A stretch of 64,000 nucleotides of DNA from an uncultured Rikenellaceae bacterium (GTDB lineage: Bacteria > Bacteroidota > Bacteroidia > Bacteroidales > VadinHA17). The notes under the pieces were generated by a model. The model ran no database searches, was not told where the DNA came from, and was given only the letters and a program-made list of their open reading frames with translations. The stretch is from assembly GCA_964516485.1 (NCBI GenBank), contig CAZEYY010000001.1:12653-76652 (forward strand), in the 5' to 3' direction. Of this stretch, positions 29,191 to 36,654 are shown piece by piece (positions within the stretch are counted from its first letter, which is position 1; every line of letters starts with the position of its first letter). The position numbers and the translations under genes are program-made.

Positions 29191-29559
29191 TTATTTGGAA
29201 ACTTTAGTGAATGAATAACTTACATCAAAATCATCATGATATTTAAGAGATGTTGCTGTTAATTCTGTAACAGTATATACTTTGGGCACAGATCCTCCAA
29301 TCTGCATAATATGTATCTGGGTAAGCTGGTCTTTTACAAGAGTCCAGGTAAAGGGTTGGGCTTCTGCTTCGGTAACATCATCAGCCGTATCCCAGGTAGC
29401 GCCCGTACCGTCAGCCAGGTATTTGTAATAGAGGGTGCCTGTTTTCCATTTGCCTGTCAGTAAAGACTGATCAAAGGACTGTTCTTCAGTGGGTTCGCAT
29501 GAAACTGCAAGAAGTAATACCGCAGTAAAAAGTGTGATATAAGAAAGAATCTTTTTCAT
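29191..29559 (-). CDS. Lipocalin-like small lipoprotein
   Basis: Lipobox LLAVSCEP. Lipocalin_4-like pattern LLTGKWKTG...FTWTL...YTVTELTATSLKY. Confidence 0.6.
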   Translation of the reverse strand: MKKILSYITLFTAVLLLAVSCEPTEEQSFDQSLLTGKWKTGTLYYKYLADGTGATWDTADDVTEAEAQPFTWTLVKDQLTQIHIMQIGGSVPKVYTVTELTATSLKYHDDFDVSYSFTKVSK

Positions 29560-29670
29560 ATTAGTGACATTTTAATTTTCAAAACCTGGCATTATTATTA
29601 TTTATTGATATTATATCTTATTTTTAAGATTGAATTGAACTGATTTCGTCTTTAAAAATACTAAAAGATT

Positions 29671-30561
29671 ATGGAAATGAAAAGATCAATTATCAGGTTG
29701 GTATTTGTATCAATGGCTCTTCTGGCAATAGCCTGCAACAGTAAACCCTATGAAATAAAGGATGGCTACATGTACGTTCAGAAGGAAGACCGCCGCAATG
29801 AAAACACCGAGTGGAAACTTGTGTGGGAAGATGATTTCAATAAAGGTGCTCTTGACACTTCAGTATGGTCGAGAATAGGGCTTTTTGAAACTCCAAAATG
29901 GAAGGTTCCTGTAGAAAGATGGCGCGAAGTGAAGAACTGTTTCAGGTATATAACAGCTGTTGATCCAAGGGTTGTTCTTTTTGATGACACTAACATAAAG
30001 CTTATGGGAATAGTAAATCCGGATTCACTTACCGGCGATCCCAGGCCATATCTTACTGGAGGAATTTATTCATGGGGCAAATTTGCCTTCCAGTATGGCA
30101 GGATTGAGATCAGGGCAAAGCTTGACCAGGCATACGGAATGTGGCCTGCAATCTGGATGCTTTCTGAAAAGAATATTTATCCCAATCAGCATAACGGAGA
30201 AATGGATATTCTTGAGAAGCTGAATCATGATGACTTTGGATATCAGACTACCCATAACCATTATACAATCACACTGAAGCAGGATGAACCCCCGAAATCT
30301 GCAACAGCAAAGATTGATACAACAGGATATAATGTATACAGTGTCAGCTGGTATCCCGATAAGCTGGTATACGCAGTAAATGGCGTCAAATCCTATGAAT
30401 ATCCGAAGGTTCCGGGTGCCGGAACCTATCAATGGCCCTTTGATCAGCCTTTCTACCTCATTATCGATCAGCAGATGGAGCATGACTGGCCGGGACCAAT
30501 TTCACGTCCTTATGAATTGCCAATCAGCATGACTGTTGACTGGGTGAGGTTGTATCAGTAA
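29671..30561 (+). CDS. Glycoside hydrolase family 16 (laminarinase/beta-glucanase-like)
   Basis: Catalytic E-x-D-x-x-E motif in NGEMDILE. Also WPAIWML and a C-terminal MTVDWVRLYQ. Lipoprotein-type signal ...LLAIACNS. Confidence 0.85.
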   Translation: MEMKRSIIRLVFVSMALLAIACNSKPYEIKDGYMYVQKEDRRNENTEWKLVWEDDFNKGALDTSVWSRIGLFETPKWKVPVERWREVKNCFRYITAVDPRVVLFDDTNIKLMGIVNPDSLTGDPRPYLTGGIYSWGKFAFQYGRIEIRAKLDQAYGMWPAIWMLSEKNIYPNQHNGEMDILEKLNHDDFGYQTTHNHYTITLKQDEPPKSATAKIDTTGYNVYSVSWYPDKLVYAVNGVKSYEYPKVPGAGTYQWPFDQPFYLIIDQQMEHDWPGPISRPYELPISMTVDWVRLYQ

Positions 30562-30577
30562 AGGATGTAAGGGGCTG

Positions 30578-30823
30578 TTATTCAGCCTTTCCGGCGCAGT
30601 CGTGGCAAAGGTCCTGAGAAGGAGCTGATGTTTCTGGTGAAAATTCCTTACCGCAGCCTGTGCACTTCTTTATATTCATTGCCTCTGTCCGGAGCCTCTT
30701 GTTGATTGCTTCATTGAATTCGATAGCCTGCTGATCCCTTGCAAGAGCGTAATCTTCACGCCTCTTAATAAGATGTGCCTGGTCTACTTTCCTGGGCAGA
30801 GGAATGTTTATTTTGTCTTTCAT
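30578..30823 (-). CDS. Small zinc-ribbon-like hypothetical protein
   Basis: 81-aa ORF with paired CxxC motifs (CTGCGKEF ... CHDCAG). No other motif. Confidence 0.45.
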   Translation of the reverse strand: MKDKINIPLPRKVDQAHLIKRREDYALARDQQAIEFNEAINKRLRTEAMNIKKCTGCGKEFSPETSAPSQDLCHDCAGKAE

Positions 30824-30998
30824 AGAGTAAAGATACTAATATTGAAGCCAGTATCATAATATTATTGTACTTTTGTCAGGACTTCAGCTTGTGAACCTGA
30901 GCATACTTCTTCTAATCGTTACCATGATTAGTTAATTGCTGCAAAACATCATTCTCCCTGCTGATATTGATGAGTTAACTAATTTGATAATAAACACT

Positions 30999-31451
30999 AT
31001 GGGCAGATCTCAGGAAACATCCAATAAGAAGGAAATCCGTAATAAGAAAGAAAAAAAGCGAAAAGAAAAGGCTGAAAAAAAAGCAAAGAGAAAGAGTGAA
31101 GGAAAAATAACCGATTTCAACGATATGATCGCTTATGTTGATGAGTTTGGTAAGCTTTCTTCCTCTCCACCTGATCTTGAGAAAAGAATAATTGTTGCTC
31201 CGGAAAGCATAGAGATTAAAATACCCAGGAACAGATCAGAGTCTGTCAGCAGCAGGGAAAAGCAAGGCGTGGTAGTTTCTTTCAATAAATCAAAAGGATT
31301 TGGTTTTATAAGGGAATCTGATTCTACACGGAATATTTTTGTTCACGCCAATAATCTTACAGAACCGATATCGGAGAATGACGTTGTTACATACGAACTC
31401 GGAAAAGGTGCGAAGGGAGCTATAGCTCTTAATGTTAAGCGTCTGAAGTGA
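30999..31451 (+). CDS. Cold-shock-domain protein with Lys-rich N-terminal extension
   Basis: C-terminal CSD with an RNP1-like KGFGFI and an FVHANNL region. The N-terminus is KKEIRNKKEKKRKEKAEKKAKRK. The track start at 30936 is TTG, and the ATG at 30999 is preferred. Confidence 0.8.
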   Translation: MGRSQETSNKKEIRNKKEKKRKEKAEKKAKRKSEGKITDFNDMIAYVDEFGKLSSSPPDLEKRIIVAPESIEIKIPRNRSESVSSREKQGVVVSFNKSKGFGFIRESDSTRNIFVHANNLTEPISENDVVTYELGKGAKGAIALNVKRLK

Positions 31452-31567
31452 ATGTAATACCTGATTGAAAAATTTATTATTTTGTACTGCCGGTTCATAT
31501 ATGTGTGTATATGCCTGAATTGTATTATTTTTTATAAGGTTTTGACTCATTTTAAAAGGAGGGAAAT

Positions 31568-32482
31568 ATGAAAAATGCAGTTTATTTTCTTGTTCTGTTT
31601 TTTACTTTCATCAATCTCAATGCTCAGAACTGGACACTGAAAGATATGGGAGTAGGACTCATCATTGAAGATGAGAATTATGACAAGCAACTCAGAATTA
31701 CTGAAAGGAATAATGTATGGGACGCAAAGGAGCTCTATGAAAATGGAGCTCAGGCCGGAAAATATAAGGGAAATCAGCTTTTCGCAGCCTGGCTTCAGGG
31801 TCCCCCGGCAAATGAATATCTGAATAACTACGGGACGCCGGTATGGTTATATAAGTACAGGATAACCTATCCCGACGGAAAAACTTTTGAAGGAGGCCCG
31901 GGAGGATTTTATATGCCAGGTTTTACATATTTTGGAATCAAAACAGGAGGCTATACCGAGGGTAACTGGAAAATAGAATGGTTCATTCAGCACAGGGACA
32001 CTAAGGAAACAAGAAGTGTTGGCATTGTTGAATTCAAAACTACATACGGCAAGAAGGAACAGGCCAAATCTGACTGGCCGTTAAAAGATATAGGTGTGGG
32101 AATTATTGACCAGTCAGAATATGACAAGGTTCTTAAAATCATTAAACGGGGTGATACCTGGTCACAGAAAGAGCTGTATGACGGAGGATTTTTCGCCAAC
32201 AGGGAAAAAGTGTTTGCTGCATGGATTGAAGGGCCTCATACAAATACTTACCTTAATCAGAATGGCTTGCCTGTCTGGTCCTACAGAATTGCAATAACCT
32301 ACCCGTCGGGAAAACGTGAGGAATATGGGAATTATGGATTCTATGTTCCTGGATTTGCAACAATGTTCATCAATGCCATGGGAAATGAATATGGCAAATG
32401 GAAGCTGGAATTTTATGTCGTACACAGGGATACCCAGGAAAAGAAACTTGTCGGAATAAAGGAATTCACGCTTGTACAATAG
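31568..32482 (+). CDS. Secreted protein of unknown function built from two tandem ~135-aa repeats
   Basis: Signal peptide ...FINLNAQ. Residues 21-157 and 169-302 align end to end, for example NWTLKDMGVGLII/DWPLKDIGVGII, LFAAWLQGP/VFAAWIEGP, PVWLYKYRITYPDGK/PVWSYRIAITYPSGK and WKIEWFIQHRDTKE/WKLEFYVVHRDTQE. Confidence 0.7.
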   Translation: MKNAVYFLVLFFTFINLNAQNWTLKDMGVGLIIEDENYDKQLRITERNNVWDAKELYENGAQAGKYKGNQLFAAWLQGPPANEYLNNYGTPVWLYKYRITYPDGKTFEGGPGGFYMPGFTYFGIKTGGYTEGNWKIEWFIQHRDTKETRSVGIVEFKTTYGKKEQAKSDWPLKDIGVGIIDQSEYDKVLKIIKRGDTWSQKELYDGGFFANREKVFAAWIEGPHTNTYLNQNGLPVWSYRIAITYPSGKREEYGNYGFYVPGFATMFINAMGNEYGKWKLEFYVVHRDTQEKKLVGIKEFTLVQ

Positions 32483-32495
32483 CTCAACTCTGCTT

Positions 32496-33848
32496 ATGAA
32501 GAAGTATGTTTTTTTAACATTTTTGTTTGCAACAGCCTTAAATCTGTCTGTTGTAAAAGCTCAGGAGGCGCTTCCCACAAAAGCTCAGATAATATGGTCT
32601 GATTCGGAAATCGGGGTTCTGATCCATTTTGATATGCCGGTCTTTGAACCTTCCTATGATTTCAGGAAAGACTGGAACTATCATCCCGATCTGAGCATTT
32701 TCAATCCTGAGGAGCTTGATACCGATCAGTGGATTAGGTCGGCAAAAGCTGCTGGCGCAACATACGCAGTTCTTGTTGCCAAACACTGCAGCGGTTTCAG
32801 CCTGTGGCCTACAAAAGCTCATCCTTACAGTGTAAAGAATGTACCATGGAAAAACGGCCAGGGTGACATAGTGAAAGATTTTATTGCCTCATGCAAAAAA
32901 TATGGCCTGAAGCCGGGGATATATGCCAGTACAACTGCAAACGGATACCTTAAAGTTGACAATCCCGGCAAAGTTGTGTCAGGAGATCCCATAGAGCAGA
33001 AAAAATACAACGAAATAGTTAAAATGCAGCTGACAGAGTTGTGGTCACAGTATGGAGATCTTTTTGAGGTATGGTTCGACGGAGGTGTGCTGCCGGTTGA
33101 AAAAGGTGGATTTGATATCCTTGGTCTTCTGAAAAAATACCAGCCTGATGCAATAGCTTTCCAGGGTCCCTTCGGATATGCAAACAATATCCGCTGGGTT
33201 GGGAATGAAGAAGGTGTGGCTCCATATCCCTGCTGGTCGAGGGCCGATTCAACAACTTCATCTTCCGGAGTAATTGAAATTAAGGGACTTAATGGTAATC
33301 CTGATGGTTTATTCTGGTGCCCTGGTGAATCTGATTTTCCCCTGCGCCTTAATTCCTCTTTCCAGGGAGGCTGGTTCTGGCACAAGGATCAGGATAACAT
33401 GATGAGGTCAACTGATGAGTTAATGGATAAATATTGCAAAAGCGTGGGTAGAAATACAAATATGCTACTTGGTGTTGTTATTGATGACAGAGGACTTGTT
33501 CCTGACGCCGACGTAAAACGAATGCAAGAATTCGGTGATGTTATCAGCAGAAATTTTGGAGCGGCAATAGCTTCAACATCAGGGTCAGGTAAGGAAATAT
33601 TGCTTAACCTGAAAGCCAGTGCAGAGATTTCATACATAGTACTTATGGAAGATATTGCAAGAGGAGAAAATATCCGGGAATACAGGCTTTCAGGATTGCA
33701 GAATGGAAAATGGGAACAAATAGCTGCAGGTACCTGCATAGGCCATAAGCGAATAGAAGTTATAAAAAAGGAGTCATATTCTGCCGTAAGACTTGAAGTT
33801 CTGAAATCATCTGGGACCCCAGAGTTAAAAAGTATAACTTGCTATTGA
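32496..33848 (+). CDS. Alpha-L-fucosidase, glycoside hydrolase family 29
   Basis: GATYAVLVAKHCSGFSLWPTK (KHHDGF-type block), the nucleophile region VWFDGGV, and a C-terminal beta-sandwich. Signal MKKYVFLTFLFATALNLSVVKAQ. The track start at 32472 is TTG. Confidence 0.85.
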   Translation: MKKYVFLTFLFATALNLSVVKAQEALPTKAQIIWSDSEIGVLIHFDMPVFEPSYDFRKDWNYHPDLSIFNPEELDTDQWIRSAKAAGATYAVLVAKHCSGFSLWPTKAHPYSVKNVPWKNGQGDIVKDFIASCKKYGLKPGIYASTTANGYLKVDNPGKVVSGDPIEQKKYNEIVKMQLTELWSQYGDLFEVWFDGGVLPVEKGGFDILGLLKKYQPDAIAFQGPFGYANNIRWVGNEEGVAPYPCWSRADSTTSSSGVIEIKGLNGNPDGLFWCPGESDFPLRLNSSFQGGWFWHKDQDNMMRSTDELMDKYCKSVGRNTNMLLGVVIDDRGLVPDADVKRMQEFGDVISRNFGAAIASTSGSGKEILLNLKASAEISYIVLMEDIARGENIREYRLSGLQNGKWEQIAAGTCIGHKRIEVIKKESYSAVRLEVLKSSGTPELKSITCY

Positions 33849-33959
33849 TATTTATCTGAAATTTGCAAAAAATTCCCTCAATAACTAATCCCCAAAACCA
33901 TCGTGGGGCATAGCAGTCGAGCCAAAGATTGTAATTTATAGAGGATAGCTTTACAAAAG

Positions 33960-34046
33960 TTTCCCCTCCTTTTGAAGGAGGGGTGGCCGGGACGTTTGAT
34001 TATCTGATATTTACAGGATTTGTTTCCCGGCCGGGGTGGTTGATTA
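33960..34046 (+). repeat. 87-bp GC-hairpin repeat element, copy A
   Basis: Conserved ends tttcccctccttttgaaggaggggtggccg (containing the 9-bp-stem hairpin cccctcctt-ttg-aaggagggg) and cggccggggtggttgatta, with a 38-nt variable core. Confidence 0.75.
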
Positions 34047-34231
34047 AACTGATTGTGGCAAATAGATCTTAAGGGTATATTGTTAAATACAAAGGTTTGT
34101 GGATGAGAATAATATCATTCGACTATGGAGCGTAATGTAATAAATTTTGAAATCAGCTTTGTGTTTCATAATTTTCTTTCAAATAACCATAGGGACATTT
34201 TAATTATTAAAAATGAATTTATTTGACTTAA

Positions 34232-34318
34232 TAATCAACCACCCCGGCCGCAATGAAGTTTTGCAATATTATGATAAACAATGTAATGCGGCCACCCCTC
34301 CTTCAAAAGGAGGGGAAA
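34232..34318 (-). repeat. 87-bp GC-hairpin repeat element, copy B (inverted relative to copy A)
   Basis: Its reverse complement reproduces both conserved ends of copy A exactly (30 nt and 19 nt), with a core of the same 38-nt length. The copies are separated by a 185-nt AT-rich spacer. Confidence 0.75.
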
Positions 34319-34443
34319 ATTTATCCCGGCTGTTTCACTATAAAAAGCCCCTTAGCTTAACAACAATAAAAAGCTCTCAGGATTTCTTAAAGTCCCCCCA
34401 GGGGAGCAAATTAGCTCTCTATAGCTGCCGGGATAGGACTGGG

Positions 34444-36654
34444 GTGTTTAATCTGAATATAATTTTTATATTCTTGTTGCTTCCTTTAGTTTTTTGTTCC
34501 TGTTCTAATCCTGACTTAATTATAAGTTGCAGAGAGGACAATGATCTGTATATTACGCTGAAAAACAATAATATAAGCTGTGGTCGTTATGATTCTCCTG
34601 CTGAAGCTATAAGAAATGCCAGGAAAGGTTCAGGAGTTCTGATCCTTGCTGATGGATATCCTGGAGAACAGACTCCGGTAAGCAGTGAAATATATTCTCT
34701 TGCCAGGGAGAAGAATCTCAGGTTATTTGTTGAATATCCTTCATATATCCCTGGTATTGAAACGGGACAGGTTCACAGGACCCAGTGGGAGCGGGCAGTT
34801 GTTTCTTCATCTGTCTTTGAACCGTCACTCAGCAAATTCAGGATACTTGCAATTAATGATTGTCACTTCATACCGATTGATGCAGTTGGTTCTGATATTG
34901 TAATTGCCAGGGTTGCCGGTTTTGACAGCGCGGTTTACGGGCTTCCTGAAAAGATATATCCTGTTCTGACTGAGATCAATACAGCTGAAGGACTCCCTCT
35001 GCTGGTTTCAACCACCAAATTAAGCCAGTTTATTTCAGGGAGATATGCTCCTTCGGATGCCTGGCAGACAATTTGGATTCACATACTCAGGTGGGTTCAG
35101 CCGGGCGCTGAGTCCCCGGAACTAATCTGGGAATCTCCTGTAAAGCCGGCTTACAGAATGAATGAACCTCTTCCGTCTGATTTTGAGAAAGTGGCATTAC
35201 GAAAAGGTATTGAATGGTACAGGAATTCAGGAATGATTGTTAATGAAGATATGCAGAAAAAATATTCTCTGCCGGCAAATCTTCCTGAACCTGCAAAAGC
35301 TGATCCTGATACGACTGTTGACTGGCCATTCGGACACAGGGTGGGTTTTCCTCCTGACCCCGGACAGGCACCCGGAGATGGGTCACTGGGAGTGCTTGAA
35401 GGATTCGATGCAAAAATATTCTTCAATGGCAGACAACCTGCGCGCTGGTGGAGGAGAGGCGATTGCAACGGTGAGATAGCAGGTGCGCTAAGCCTTGCAG
35501 GGATGGCTCTCAACGATACGGATTTTCTGAAAACCGGATCAAATGTGGCAGACTGGTTGTTTTTCAAATCGATGATATCACTGGGCGACAGGTCAGATCC
35601 TGATAAACCAGATTACGGCCTTTCAGGTTGGAATGATGTTCCGGAATACTGTGGACCTGGTTCCATAGATGGTTACGGTGTCTATTACGGTGACGATAAT
35701 GCCCGTGTTGTTCTGGGAATGATGCTTGCCGCTGCAGCACAGGATACTGACAGATACGATAAACGCCTGCTAAGTATAATACTTGGTAATCTGAGAATAA
35801 GCGGAAAATACGGTTTTCAGCCAAACCGCATAGACCATGATCCGCTTAACAAAGCCGGGTGGAAATATTTCTTCAATAGTGAATCTGTGTCATTTTCGCC
35901 TCATTACCAGGCTAATATCTGGGCCTGCTATCTGTGGGCATATAATCAGACAGGAGATAAGCTTTTTCTCTACAGAGCCAGGAAAGCAATATCAATGACA
36001 ATGGCAGCATATCCTGACAAATGGATCTGGACAAACGGGATTCAGCAGGAGAGGGCTAAGATGCTGCTTCCCCTTGCTTGGCTTGTCCGTACAGAGGATA
36101 CAGGCGAGCATCGTGAATGGCTTCGCAAAATGGCCGGAGACCTGCTTGCAGAACAATCGGAATGTGGTGCCATCCCAGAAGAGCTGGGAGGTTCAGGGAA
36201 GGGAGGTTTTCCTCCTCCTGCTTCAAATGAAGCATACGGAACCAGTGAAACACCTCTTATACAAACAAATGACGACAAGGTAAGTGACATGCTTTATACA
36301 GTTAATTTTGCATTTCTGGGCTTGCATGAAGCTGCTGCCGCCACGGGTGATGGATATTATAAAGCTGCTGAAGACAAGCTTGCGTCTTTTCTTTGTCGTA
36401 TTCAGATAAAAAGTGAAAAACATCCGGAGCTCGATGGTGCATGGTTCCGGGCCTTTGACTTCAAACGGTGGGAGTACTGGGCTTCAAACGGAGATGCTGG
36501 CTGGGGTGCCTGGTCGGTTGAGTCTGGCTGGACTCAGAGCTGGATAACTTCTGTTCTGGCACTGAGGCAATTGAATACTTCTGTTTGGGATATTACAAAG
36601 GACAGCAGATCAGAAGTGTATTTTGAAGAATTGAAACGGGAAATGTTTCAATGA
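34444..36654 (+). CDS. Large lipoprotein of unknown function (about 736 aa)
   Basis: Long intact ORF. I propose a GTG start at 34444, giving the lipoprotein signal VFNLNIIFIFLLLPLVFCSCS. The track ATG at 34213 reads through repeat copy B. No family motif was recognised. Confidence 0.6.
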   Translation: MFNLNIIFIFLLLPLVFCSCSNPDLIISCREDNDLYITLKNNNISCGRYDSPAEAIRNARKGSGVLILADGYPGEQTPVSSEIYSLAREKNLRLFVEYPSYIPGIETGQVHRTQWERAVVSSSVFEPSLSKFRILAINDCHFIPIDAVGSDIVIARVAGFDSAVYGLPEKIYPVLTEINTAEGLPLLVSTTKLSQFISGRYAPSDAWQTIWIHILRWVQPGAESPELIWESPVKPAYRMNEPLPSDFEKVALRKGIEWYRNSGMIVNEDMQKKYSLPANLPEPAKADPDTTVDWPFGHRVGFPPDPGQAPGDGSLGVLEGFDAKIFFNGRQPARWWRRGDCNGEIAGALSLAGMALNDTDFLKTGSNVADWLFFKSMISLGDRSDPDKPDYGLSGWNDVPEYCGPGSIDGYGVYYGDDNARVVLGMMLAAAAQDTDRYDKRLLSIILGNLRISGKYGFQPNRIDHDPLNKAGWKYFFNSESVSFSPHYQANIWACYLWAYNQTGDKLFLYRARKAISMTMAAYPDKWIWTNGIQQERAKMLLPLAWLVRTEDTGEHREWLRKMAGDLLAEQSECGAIPEELGGSGKGGFPPPASNEAYGTSETPLIQTNDDKVSDMLYTVNFAFLGLHEAAAATGDGYYKAAEDKLASFLCRIQIKSEKHPELDGAWFRAFDFKRWEYWASNGDAGWGAWSVESGWTQSWITSVLALRQLNTSVWDITKDSRSEVYFEELKREMFQ

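Noticed and set aside
28783-29214. 143-aa plus-strand ORF spanning the AsmA-like gene start
   Set aside because: It is antisense to the AsmA-like N-terminus and to the intergenic region, and nothing supports it as a real gene.
32825-33385. 186-aa minus-strand ORF within the GH29 gene (and 33389-33739)
   Set aside because: It is antisense to a motif-supported alpha-L-fucosidase, with the Pro/Ser-rich composition typical of shadow frames.
34213-34443. ATG-initiated N-terminal 77 residues of the 813-aa ORF (MNLFDLIINHPGRNEV...ATPPSKGGEN...)
   Set aside because: This stretch is a translation of the AT-rich spacer and of inverted repeat copy B. It has no signal or domain character. The in-frame GTG at 34444 gives a textbook lipoprotein signal peptide, so the extension is most likely spurious.
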